A stretch of DNA of 64,000 nucleotides from Treponemataceae bacterium (GTDB lineage Bacteria; Spirochaetota; Spirochaetia; Treponematales; Rectinemataceae), in assembly GCA_963667725.2 (NCBI GenBank), contig CAXXHO010000003.1, positions 288,001 through 352,000 of the forward strand, read 5' to 3'. This document shows, piece after piece, positions 10,371 through 20,400 of the stretch; positions within the stretch are counted from its first letter, which is position 1, and the number at the start of each line of letters is the position of its first letter. The position numbers and the translations under genes are program-made. The notes beneath the pieces are model-generated. The model was not told the origin of the DNA, searched no databases, and saw nothing but the letters and a program-made list of their open reading frames with translations.

Positions 10371-11251
10371 AAAACGACCTTTATTCCGGCATTGAATACA
10401 TGAACTCCGGCCATGTGGGCTGTCCGGGCTGCGGCGGCACCATTGCCATGAAGTTGGCTCTGCGCGCCTTGGGCGAAAAGACTGTCCTGGTAATTCCGGC
10501 TTCGTGCTGGGCTATCATGAGCGGTAATTATCCTCAGTCTTCCCTTAAGGTTCCGGTCTTCAACACCGGTTTCGCGACGACGGCGGCGGCGGCTTCCGGC
10601 CTCCGCGCTGCCCTCGACCTCCGCGGCGATACGGAAACCACCGTGGTGGGCTGGGCGGGCGACGGCGGTACCTTCGACATCGGCTTCCAGGCTCTGAGCG
10701 CCGCCGCCGAGCGGGGCGAGGACTTCATCTACGTCTGCTACGACAACGAAGCTTATATGAATACGGGCGTCCAGCGAAGCTCTTCCACTCCCTGGGGCGC
10801 CAGAACCATGACCACGCCCGGAACGAACTGGAAACGCACCGAGAAGAAAAATATCGTGGAGATAATGGCAGCGCACCGGATACCCTACGCAGCGACGGCA
10901 AGCATAGCCTATCCGGAGGATCTCGAGCGGAAGATCAAGAAAGCGATGTCGATACGAAATGGACTGCGCTTCATCCATATCTTCTCCTCATGCCCGACGG
11001 GCTGGGGGATGGCGCCGGGAAATTCCGTCAAAGTGGCGCGCATGGCCGTCCAGTCCAGGGCATTTCCCCTCTACGAAGTTGAGGATGGACTGAAGTACAC
11101 GATCAACGAAGCGGGCGAAAAGCCGGTGAAGGATTATCTGCGTTCGCAGAGCCGATTCCGCCACCTCTCGGACGAGGATATCGGCGTCATCCAAGAGCGC
11201 CTGGACATCGAATATAGACGCCTAGTGCGCCGAACCCTGGCGGAGAATTAA
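10367..11251 (+). CDS. porB: 2-oxoacid:acceptor oxidoreductase beta subunit (TPP-binding)
   Basis: GCPGCG, GDGG...YDNEAYMNTG, CPTGW. Confidence 0.92.
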   Translation: MKNDLYSGIEYMNSGHVGCPGCGGTIAMKLALRALGEKTVLVIPASCWAIMSGNYPQSSLKVPVFNTGFATTAAAASGLRAALDLRGDTETTVVGWAGDGGTFDIGFQALSAAAERGEDFIYVCYDNEAYMNTGVQRSSSTPWGARTMTTPGTNWKRTEKKNIVEIMAAHRIPYAATASIAYPEDLERKIKKAMSIRNGLRFIHIFSSCPTGWGMAPGNSVKVARMAVQSRAFPLYEVEDGLKYTINEAGEKPVKDYLRSQSRFRHLSDEDIGVIQERLDIEYRRLVRRTLAEN

Positions 11252-11293
11252 TTCTGCCCTTGCCGGGCGGCAGCCCTTAATACTCGGAGAGTC

Positions 11294-12175
11294 ATGCGAA
11301 TCACCCCTTATCTGCTCGATGGGCTTTCCCCGCTCGACCATATGTCCATCGAGAATGTACTCCTCGAAACCTGGGAAAAGCCCGAAGGCTTGCTGCTCTT
11401 CTACATAAGCGGTCCGTCGGTCATCATAGGGCGCAACCAGAATCCCTGGCGCGAGGCAGCTCCGGGCACCGGCCTTCCGTTATACAGGCGCGCCTCCGGG
11501 GGAGGCGCCGTATATCACGACGAGGGCAACCTCAACTGGGCGCTGATCGTGCCTCGCCTCCTGCATTCCCAGGACGCGGAGCTGGCCATGGTGGCCACCG
11601 CGCTTTCCGCCCGGGGATTCGACGCGGTGCCGGGACCGCGCGGCGGCCTCTACTGCGGCCCCGCCTCGCCTCACCAGAACAAAAAACTGTCCGGCACGGC
11701 CAGGCGCTTCGGTACCCGGAACGTACTCCATCACGGGACGCTCCTCGTCCATGCCGACATGGCCGGACTCCACGCAAGCCTCGGCGGCATCCAGACATTC
11801 GATGACCGATCCCTGCCTTCGGTACCCGCCGAGCCGCTCAACCTGTCTGCCCTGGACCCATCGGTTCAGATGGAACCCATCATCGAAGCGCTCTCCAGAC
11901 AAATCGCCGGTCTTCCCCCGCGACATCTTCCCGCAGGCTTCGCCGACCCTTCGCGCATGGAAAAGGAGACAAGGACGCTTGCGTCGGACGAGTGGATTTA
12001 TCATGCCACGGCGCCGTTTTCCGTCCTCCTGAAGGGTGGTGAAAACGGGGCGTCCGTCCGCATTGAAAAAGGCCTCGTAGTGGCGATATCTGGATGCGTC
12101 GACGCCTCCTGCCTCGGCCGGCCTTTTTCATATTCCCTCCTCGAGGCAATGGTCGAGCAATGTAGCGTGGGGTAA
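11294..12175 (+). CDS. lplA: Lipoate-protein ligase A family protein
   Basis: IGRNQNPW.E, RRASGGGAVYHD.GNLN, KKLSG, HHGTLL. Confidence 0.85.
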   Translation: MRITPYLLDGLSPLDHMSIENVLLETWEKPEGLLLFYISGPSVIIGRNQNPWREAAPGTGLPLYRRASGGGAVYHDEGNLNWALIVPRLLHSQDAELAMVATALSARGFDAVPGPRGGLYCGPASPHQNKKLSGTARRFGTRNVLHHGTLLVHADMAGLHASLGGIQTFDDRSLPSVPAEPLNLSALDPSVQMEPIIEALSRQIAGLPPRHLPAGFADPSRMEKETRTLASDEWIYHATAPFSVLLKGGENGASVRIEKGLVVAISGCVDASCLGRPFSYSLLEAMVEQCSVG

Positions 12176-12234
12176 AGAATTCGCGGCTTTATCAATGGAT
12201 CTATCGCTAAAGCCCATTTGTATCGATTATTTTC

Positions 12235-12263
12235 TTGACATGCGTGCGATGCTAACCTATAAT
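12235..12263 (+). promoter_or_regulatory. Perfect-consensus sigma70 promoter
   Basis: TTGACA-17bp-TATAAT. Confidence 0.85.
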
Positions 12264-12325
12264 TATCACTCATATCTATATAAAAAGCGCAATTTTTGCC
12301 TCCGCATAGATTTCGCAATCAAGAA

Positions 12326-13246
12326 ATGAGCGAGAGAAGATATTTGAGTACAAAAAGTGTAGGTTTCTATAAAAAGCTCATTCTCATCACAGTTGCCGCG
12401 GTTTTAATTCTGCCCATCATAGCATGCGTGATTCTAGGCATTCAGAACATAGAGATGAGAAACAAGATAAAAGCGACGACATCTCCCCCCGATGACATAG
12501 TGACCGTTGGCGCCACCCAGCTCGAACCCGCTGGAATCGCGCGCGATAAGCCGGTTCTCAGCTATCAAATCCTCTATCCAGATTTTAACACGAATTTTTA
12601 CGGCTTCAAAGAAGACCTGGTCAGCGATAAAACCGTTTTTCTCACCTTCGACGACGGGCCTTCCACCGGAACGGACGAGCTTCTCGAAGTGCTTAGAAAA
12701 CATGGAGTCAAGGGTACTTTTTTCGTAAACGGAAAATCGAACCGGGTACTTACCGACAGATTGAAGCATATTGCCAACGAAGGGCACGCGATAGGGATGC
12801 ACAGTTATTCGCATCGGTACAATGTCATCTACGAAAACATGGAAAATTTCCTCGACGATTTCTACCGCAATTTTCTGTACATCAAGGCAGAGACAGGCAA
12901 AGCGCCGGAAATTCTCAGGTTTCCGGGCGGAAGCATCAACATTTTCAACATCTCTACCTATCAATCCGTCGTCGCCGAGGTTTTAAGACGGGGATTTATA
13001 TACTATGATTGGAATGTGAGCGCCGGCGACGCGATAGGGGGAGCCACAACCCAGAGCATTATCGACAACGTGATCAATGGAGTGCGCCTTTGCTGGGGAC
13101 CGGCTATCGTGCTTATGCATGACAACGGAAAACCGGCATTGATCAATGCGCTGAGTACCATCATTGAAACGCTGGCGAACGAGGGGTATGAATTCAGGAT
13201 TCTCGATAATTCTATCAAACCCCCGATGTTCATTTATCCGGATTGA
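12326..13246 (+). CDS. Membrane-anchored polysaccharide (peptidoglycan GlcNAc) deacetylase, CE4/NodB
   Basis: N-terminal TM helix; TFDDGP, HSYSH, RFPGG, DW, LMHD motifs. Confidence 0.9.
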   Translation: MSERRYLSTKSVGFYKKLILITVAAVLILPIIACVILGIQNIEMRNKIKATTSPPDDIVTVGATQLEPAGIARDKPVLSYQILYPDFNTNFYGFKEDLVSDKTVFLTFDDGPSTGTDELLEVLRKHGVKGTFFVNGKSNRVLTDRLKHIANEGHAIGMHSYSHRYNVIYENMENFLDDFYRNFLYIKAETGKAPEILRFPGGSINIFNISTYQSVVAEVLRRGFIYYDWNVSAGDAIGGATTQSIIDNVINGVRLCWGPAIVLMHDNGKPALINALSTIIETLANEGYEFRILDNSIKPPMFIYPD

Positions 13247-13276
13247 TGAGCGTATCCTTACGCAGGGAGAGAAACG

Positions 13277-13912
13277 ATGAAAATGCAGGGTAATTTTTTA
13301 AAAGCCGTTGACGAGCTGATGAACGGGAAATTTTCGGGGATCAAGCCTGAGGCGAAGGAATTTAGCAGTCCGGAAGGACCTGGAACCGACCTCGAACCTG
13401 GGCTGGCCGCATCCGCGGATTATGATTTTAGCGAAAAAGCGCAACCCGAATTCACGGCGAGTCCCAGGGCTTCAGTGAGGCGTATCGACGGCGGGAGCGT
13501 CGAGGCCGTCATCACCGGCGATATGATGATTAAAGGGAATATCAATTCCACGGCCAATATTTCGATTTCCGGTACGATCCTTGGCGATGTGAGTAGCGAA
13601 GGCGACGTCATCGTGAAGGGCAAGGTAGAAGGCAATATTACCGTCCATTCCCTATCGGTCGAGGGCGGGAGTATCTCGGGAGATATTGTATCTTCCGGGG
13701 TGGTCACCATCGCCGACGGCTCATCCATCGACGGCAACATCAAGGCCGAACGGATCGAAGTGAACGGCCGGATTATCGGCAACCTGGACTCCGCCACGAA
13801 AATTATCCTCCACCCAAAATCGGTGATAGAAGGCAATATAACGGCTCTGGAACTTTCCATGACCGAAGGCGCCGAACTCAAAGGCGCCATGAACGTCCAT
13901 AAAAAGTCCTGA
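13277..13912 (+). CDS. Bactofilin (polymer-forming cytoskeletal protein)
   Basis: Beta-helix repeats (I.G.I.G.V) over about 130 aa after a disordered N-terminus. Confidence 0.85.
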   Translation: MKMQGNFLKAVDELMNGKFSGIKPEAKEFSSPEGPGTDLEPGLAASADYDFSEKAQPEFTASPRASVRRIDGGSVEAVITGDMMIKGNINSTANISISGTILGDVSSEGDVIVKGKVEGNITVHSLSVEGGSISGDIVSSGVVTIADGSSIDGNIKAERIEVNGRIIGNLDSATKIILHPKSVIEGNITALELSMTEGAELKGAMNVHKKS

Positions 13913-13925
13913 AGAGATTCTAGTC

Positions 13926-14714
13926 ATGGAAATAGGCCGCTATGAACGCCCGAAAACCATGGATGAAGCGTATTCCCTGATTGTCAAAGAACGGGGATTG
14001 CCCATCGCGGGCGGCGCGTGGACCCACCTGACCATGAAAAAGACGGCCCTGGCCGTCGATCTGTCGGGACTGGAGCTGCGTTACATCCGCGATGCCGGCG
14101 ATGCGATGGAAATTGGGGCGATGACGACGGCGCGCGATCTGGAGACTTCTTCGCTTCTCGAAGCGGCGTTCGGGAAAGTTTTTAACGAGGCGACCAGTCA
14201 TCTCGTGGGCGTACAACTCCGCAATGTCATTACGGCCGGGGGCAGCGTTGCGGGAAAATTCGGTTTTTCCGATCTCGTCACGGTCCTGATGGCGATGAAC
14301 GCATCGCTCCGCTTTTACGGCGGAGCTATGGTGGATATATCCCGATTCCTCGCGGCACCCAAGGAAGGTCCCTTTTTCCTTGAAAAGATCGTCGTGAAAA
14401 AGGGCGCGAAGGCGGCCTTCCAAAGTCTGCGCGTCACGAAAAATGATTTCGCCGTGCTGAATGCCGGCGCCGTTTTTGCCGATGGCGGCTGGCGAATCGC
14501 CGTGGGGGCGCGGCCCGCGGCCTCCCGGCTCAGCCTCTCGGCGGCCGACGCTCTCGGGCGGGAAGGGGCCCCTACCATGGAGGCCGCGGGCCGCGCCGGC
14601 GATGCCGCGGCGGCGGAGCTCTCCTTTGGCGACGATACGCGGGGCAGCGCCGAATACAGGCGCGCCGTCTGCGCCGTTCTCGTGAAACGGGCCGTCATGG
14701 AGGCCTCCCGATGA
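13926..14714 (+). CDS. Xanthine dehydrogenase family FAD-binding subunit
   Basis: AGG, IGAM, GVQLRN..T.GGS, FSD, D.RGSAEYR. Confidence 0.88.
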   Translation: MEIGRYERPKTMDEAYSLIVKERGLPIAGGAWTHLTMKKTALAVDLSGLELRYIRDAGDAMEIGAMTTARDLETSSLLEAAFGKVFNEATSHLVGVQLRNVITAGGSVAGKFGFSDLVTVLMAMNASLRFYGGAMVDISRFLAAPKEGPFFLEKIVVKKGAKAAFQSLRVTKNDFAVLNAGAVFADGGWRIAVGARPAASRLSLSAADALGREGAPTMEAAGRAGDAAAAELSFGDDTRGSAEYRRAVCAVLVKRAVMEASR

Positions 14715-15166
14715 TCATCAACATGAAGGTGAACGGCAAATCCATCGGCGTGGAATGCGATCCCGGCGATCCCCTGGTCGATGTCCTGCGCGCAGCCGGC
14801 TATACCGAAGTCAAGAAAGGCTGCGGTACGGGTAACTGCGGCCTCTGCACGGTTCTCCTCGATGGCATCCCCGTTCCCTCCTGTTCCGTCTTCGCGGGCC
14901 GCGCGGCCGACCGCGCCATAACGACGATTCGCGGCGTGGAAAAGGAAGCGACCGAACTCGCGAAATTCATCACCGCCGAAGGCGCGGAACAATGCGGTTT
15001 CTGTTCTCCCGGCTTCGCCCTCATGGTGCTGGCTATGCGGAAAGAATTGTCTTCCCCCACCGATGCCGAGATACGGCATTATCTGGCGGGCAACCTCTGC
15101 CGCTGTTCCGGCTACGAAGGCCATCTCCGCGCCGTTAGGAAGTTTCTGGAGGCCGGCCGTGAGTAA
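14711..15166 (+). CDS. Xanthine dehydrogenase family 2Fe-2S subunit
   Basis: GCGTGNCGLCTV, QCGFCSPG, GNLCRCSGY. Confidence 0.92.
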   Translation: MIINMKVNGKSIGVECDPGDPLVDVLRAAGYTEVKKGCGTGNCGLCTVLLDGIPVPSCSVFAGRAADRAITTIRGVEKEATELAKFITAEGAEQCGFCSPGFALMVLAMRKELSSPTDAEIRHYLAGNLCRCSGYEGHLRAVRKFLEAGRE

Positions 15167-17489
15167 GAATTTTTTCTCCGTCGGGCATAGCCTCCCCAAG
15201 ATCGACGGCCTAGGTCTCGTTACGGGCCGGCCGGCCTATACGGATGACCTCGCTCCCAGGGACGCGCTCGTCGTCAAAATCCTGCGAAGCCCGCACGCTT
15301 TCGCCAGAATCATCTCCATCGACGCGTCGAAGGCGCTCGCGTTGCCCGGCGTCGCTTGCGTCCTGACGTGGAAGGATGTCGGGCGCGTGTCCTATACCCG
15401 CGCCGGCCAGGGACATCCCGAGCCCAGTCCGCACGACAAATTCATACTGGATGAATATGTGCGCTATGTCGGGGATGAAGTCGCCATCGTCGCGGCCGAG
15501 GACGACGCGACGGCCGAGCGGGCGCTATCGCTCATCGTTACGGAGTACGAGATTCTCGAACCTGTTCTGGATTTCGAGAACGCGGCCGACAATCCCATCG
15601 TCATCCATCCCGAACCAGAAATACACGAAATGTTCCCCATCGGTTTTAAGCCTAAGCGCAATATCGCGGCCGCCTACGACATGAAAATAGGCGATGTCGA
15701 AAGGGAACTCGCCAAGAGCGATACCGTGCTGCAGAAGGCATTTTACACGCAGGCTCAATCCCATGTCGCCATGGAGCCTCATGTCGCCTACAGCTATCTC
15801 GATATCCACGGCAGGCTGAATATCTGCACGAGCACGCAGAATCCCTTCCATACGCGGCGCATTCTCGGCCAGGCGCTTTCGATGCCCCTCTCCCGGATCA
15901 GGGTGATGAAGCCGAGGATCGGCGGAGGTTTCGGCGGAAAGCAGCATATCCACGTCGAGCCCTTCGTCGCTCTCGTCACCCTGCGGACCGGCCGCGCGGC
16001 GCGCCTCGCCTTAAGCCGCAGGGAAGTGTTCGAAGCCACCTTCTGCCGGCATCAGATGCGTATCAGCATTCGTATCGGCGCCGACAAGGATGGTTCGCTC
16101 AACGTTATCGACATGAACGTGCTCTCCAACACCGGCGCGTACGGGGAACACGCGCTGACCGTCTTCATGGTGGGGGGCTCCAAGACCTTGCCGCTCTACA
16201 ACAAGACGAAAGCCGTGCACTACGGCGGAAAGGTCGTGTACACCAACAAGGTTTCCTCGGGCGCTTTCCGCGGTTACGGCGCCATCCAGGGGAATTTCGC
16301 CCTGGAGTCGATGATGGACGAACTGGCGCATGCGCTGCGTCTGGACCCGGTGGCCCTGCGCGAGAAGAATATGATCCGCGAAGGCCAGACGAGCGAGGTT
16401 TTCCGGATCATGGGCGAGGGGAGCGAAGGCATCGAGATGACGGTCGAGTCCTGCAAGCTCGATTACTGCGTCGCGCGAGGCAAGGAACTGATCGGATGGG
16501 AGCCTGGCAATTTGGCGCGGGAAGTGGCGCCGGGCAGGATCAGGGCCAAAGGCATGGCCATCGCGATGCAGGGATCGGGCATTCCTCTCGTCGATATGGG
16601 ATCGGCGACGCTCGAACTCCAGGACGGGGCTTGCTTCAAGCTGCGAATGGGCGCCACCGACCTGGGAACGGGCAGCGATACGATTCTCGCCCAGATAGCC
16701 GCTGAGGCGCTCGGTGTTCCAGTTTCCTCCATCGTCGTGTACGCGTCGGATACGGATCATACTCCTTTCGACGTAGGCGCCTACGCTTCGAGCACTACCT
16801 ATGTGTCGGGCAACGCTGTCCTCGCCGCGGCCAGGAAAATGAAGACTGTCCTGGAGGAAGCGGTGGCGGAACGTTATGCGATAAATAAAGACGAAGTGGT
16901 CTTCGACGGCGTCAATTTTCTTAGGAAAGACGGGAGCGCCCTTGTCGGTCTGGCTGAATTCAGTTTCGACACGCTCTACCACAACGGCGAGCTCATGAAA
17001 ACCCTGACTGCGACGGCTTCCTTCACCGGGGAAAAGTCGCCGCCGCCTTATATGGCCGGTTTTTCCGAAATTGAAGTGGATCTCGAGACCGGGAAAGTGG
17101 ATCTTCTGAAGTATGTCGCGGTAGTCGATTGCGGCACGACGATAAATCCCAATCTCGCTCGCATCCAGATGGAGGGCGGACTGCTCCAGGGCATCGGCAT
17201 GGCCTTGTTCGAGAATGTCAAATACAGCGGGAAGGGAAAGCTTCTCACTAACAGCCTCATGACCTATACGGTGCCTTCGCGTGAGGATGTCGGGGAGATT
17301 GTCGTGGAGTTCGCGGACAGCTACGAGCCTTCGGGACCTTTCGGCGCCAAGTCCGTGGCGGAAATCGGCATAGACACGCCGCCGGCTGCCATCGCCAACG
17401 CTATCCGGAACGCCACCGGTCTGCGCCTGGTCGAAACGCCTTTCACTCCGGAACGCGTGCTTATGGCGCTGAAGGCCGCGGCTAAATAG
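15159..17489 (+). CDS. Xanthine dehydrogenase family molybdopterin-binding subunit (XdhD-like)
   Basis: IGGGFGGKQ, AFRGYG, DLGTG, S.TT..SG, GPFGAKSVAE; GTG start overlapping the 2Fe-2S gene. Confidence 0.9.
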   Translation: MSKNFFSVGHSLPKIDGLGLVTGRPAYTDDLAPRDALVVKILRSPHAFARIISIDASKALALPGVACVLTWKDVGRVSYTRAGQGHPEPSPHDKFILDEYVRYVGDEVAIVAAEDDATAERALSLIVTEYEILEPVLDFENAADNPIVIHPEPEIHEMFPIGFKPKRNIAAAYDMKIGDVERELAKSDTVLQKAFYTQAQSHVAMEPHVAYSYLDIHGRLNICTSTQNPFHTRRILGQALSMPLSRIRVMKPRIGGGFGGKQHIHVEPFVALVTLRTGRAARLALSRREVFEATFCRHQMRISIRIGADKDGSLNVIDMNVLSNTGAYGEHALTVFMVGGSKTLPLYNKTKAVHYGGKVVYTNKVSSGAFRGYGAIQGNFALESMMDELAHALRLDPVALREKNMIREGQTSEVFRIMGEGSEGIEMTVESCKLDYCVARGKELIGWEPGNLAREVAPGRIRAKGMAIAMQGSGIPLVDMGSATLELQDGACFKLRMGATDLGTGSDTILAQIAAEALGVPVSSIVVYASDTDHTPFDVGAYASSTTYVSGNAVLAAARKMKTVLEEAVAERYAINKDEVVFDGVNFLRKDGSALVGLAEFSFDTLYHNGELMKTLTATASFTGEKSPPPYMAGFSEIEVDLETGKVDLLKYVAVVDCGTTINPNLARIQMEGGLLQGIGMALFENVKYSGKGKLLTNSLMTYTVPSREDVGEIVVEFADSYEPSGPFGAKSVAEIGIDTPPAAIANAIRNATGLRLVETPFTPERVLMALKAAAK

Positions 17490-20400
17490 CGACAACAGAT
17501 GGATCGAGGGCGGTGATCCCTGGGAGCGATAGCCGCTCCAGATATTCAAGAAAGGCGCGGGGACCCGAGGAAATATGGAGATTGTGGAAGTCTGGGGTAT
17601 CCGACTGCTTTTCTTCTTCGCTGCATACGATCGTCAGCGCGCCGCGTCGAATGGCTCTATGCAAGTCGGTCTTCTCGGCGGAAATTTTTCCAGGATTCCT
17701 GTTTTCCGAGCCAGGTATCAATTCTTCTAGTAAAGCCTGTCCTGACCATAGAATGGTCTTTGCCCCATCGAGCTTTCGAGCCAGCAATTCCTGTCCTGCC
17801 TCGCTATCCAGTTTCCCTTCCGTCGCCATGATCAGCTTGTCGGTGTAAGAGACTTTAAACGCGTCCATCATCGCCTGGGCAGCCTGCGGCGCGAAACGGG
17901 TTGCCTGTCCCCCACGATCCGCGTCCGAGCCTTCCGGGGCGATGATCGCCAGGGAATCCACCCTCGGCAGCAGGGCCGCCATGACACCGAATTGGGCCCT
18001 CGTTTCCCTGCCGGCGAAAACGGCGATGAAGGGTCTCGGCGGATTCTCCAGGAGGGTCTCTAAGATCGCCAGCTCCTTGGCCACCATTGGACCAGCGAGG
18101 CGGTGATCGACGAATTTTGGGACGCCCGTGATGCTCGCGTGACGCCGATGGCAGACGTTGAACGCGTCGTTGACATACCATCCATCGGAGAGAGCGGCGA
18201 GAGAGCGCGAAAAAGCCTCGTCATTGTCCCGCTCGCCCGTGGCGAAACGGAGATTCTCCAGAAGGTTTACGGTGCCAGGAACAATGTCTTTTTTCGTGAT
18301 GAGGAGGCCTGAAGCGGCCACGCTCGTCTTGTGAAACACAAGCTGTCTGCCAAGTTGCTGTCCAAGCGCCTTCGCGATGGGCCCGAGGCTGAAATCGCGG
18401 GAAATCTCTTCCCTGGTGAGGCGCGCGTCGAGTCCGGCGCCCGGATCGCCTAGATGGGAACAGACGATGGGTGTCCCTCCCTTGGCGAGGATCGATTCCA
18501 GCGTCGGGGCGATTTGCCGTATGCGCTGCATGCTGCTTGCCTTCCCTCGGAGGATCTCCACATTCGCGTCCACCCGCACAAGGACGAATCCTCCATTGAA
18601 GGAAACCACTTCGCCGAGAGAAGCCCTGTGGAGATTCGTCTCGCGATGGAGGCGGGTCAGCTCGGAATCGATAAGGCTCCTGACGACGAGGGCTGTCTCG
18701 GCCGCCGTCGGGCAGCGCCCGACGGCGGCGCTCACCGTGGCGAGCGGAAGGAAAAACTCGGAAATTGGAGCGATGCCCCGATATACCGCTCCGGTGTTTC
18801 CGTCGGCCGTCACGCGTTCCCCCTCGCGCAGTACGGCATCACCGGCGGCGTGGAAGATCACCAGGCCTTTTTCATAATCGATTTCCACGTCGTCGCAGCC
18901 TACGATACATGGCTTGTTCATGGACATCGCGGTAATGGCAGCGTGCGACGTCCTCCCCGGGTAGACGGTCACGATGGCGTGAGCGCCGTTCATCACGTCG
19001 AAATCCGTGGGTTTCGTGTTGTAGGCGATATAGACGACGCTTTCCCTTCTCGCGGTCGCTTCCTTGAGGCGCGCCTCGCTGAGCACGAGGGTTCCCGAAA
19101 CGACGCCGCCGTTGATCGGCACGCCGACGGTAAGCGGCGGATTCCATCGCCTCGAGAGGAAATCGGCGCGAGGCAGGGCGGCGTTCGCGTACGCCATTTC
19201 CAGTCGATCGATTCTCGACCGGTATTCGGTCAAATCGATGACGCCGCGGCCGAGAAAGTCCGTATCGGCGACGAGCTGCGCGAAGGCTCCCAGTCTGGCC
19301 GCCCTGGCCTGAAGAAAATAAAGGGCGCCGTCTTCGACCGTGAATTCCAGGTCCAGATCCTGTCGGTAATGATCGACGAGCAGCTTTTTCGCGCGTTCCA
19401 ATTCTTCGTAGATTACGGGGTCGAGCCTGGAGATGGGTTCCGTGTTGGCGCTTCCCATGACAACTTCCTCGCCCTGGGCCATCCTCTTGAATTCCCCAAA
19501 AAGCTCGTCGTCACCGGTGATGGGGTTTCGCGTAATCAGCACGCCGCTTAAGGATTTTTGGTTCAGGTTCCCGAAAGCCAGCTGCTGTATCGTCACCGCT
19601 GTCTCGGCATTGACGTTGGCCGCCAGCGTCCGTGAATAGGCGTTCACCGCTCTCGATCTTCTCGATCCATAGACGAGCCCGACGCAGCGCAAAAGCTGTT
19701 CCTCCGGATCGATGAGGAAACGTTGGCCGAGCGCCGCGGCCAGGCGCGCCTCCATTGCCTCAACCGTGCTTTCCTCTTCTTTTCCTGCCTGGCCGGAGCC
19801 CGAGTCGCCGCCCAAGCCCGCATCGCCGTCCAAGCCCGCATCGCCGTCCAAGCCACTATAGCCATCAAGGCCTGACATAAGATTCAGAGCCGACAAGCAG
19901 TTTTCCAGAAAACGGCGATAGAGCGAGGCGGTGAGATGGAGGCCTCTCCTCTTCTCCATATGAGCGCGCACTTCGGGGCTCCATCCAACATTGAGGATGG
20001 TCGCCATGACTCCGGGCATGGAGGTGGGAGCTCCCGAGCGGACCGATACGAGCAGGGGGTGCTCAGGATCGCCGAGTTTCCGTCCGCTCTGTTTCTCGAG
20101 TTCCTTCACCTCTTCGCGGATGGCGGCGGTGAGTTTTCCCTTGAGCGCTCCGTCAGTATCCCAGCCGGCAAAGAAAGGATAGCCGAGCACGAAGGCCGGA
20201 GGGACATGAAGTCCCAATCGCGCCATATCGATGATGCTGTTGCCTTTGCCGCCCAACGAGGCCCTGATCCTCTCGTCCGTTTCCTTCCATGTCGCGGCGA
20301 TGAAGGATTTCTGATCCAGGTCGAGGCCTTCTTTGCCCGGGCTCAGGTCGGCATACAGCTGCCTGTCGTCTGTCTGGCGTTCCAGCTCCCTGTCCACAGC

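Noticed and set aside
11294..12175. Functional link between lipoate ligase and the por operon
   Set aside because: Ferredoxin-type 2-oxoacid oxidoreductases do not use lipoate and no lipoyl-domain gene is present; adjacency alone is insufficient.
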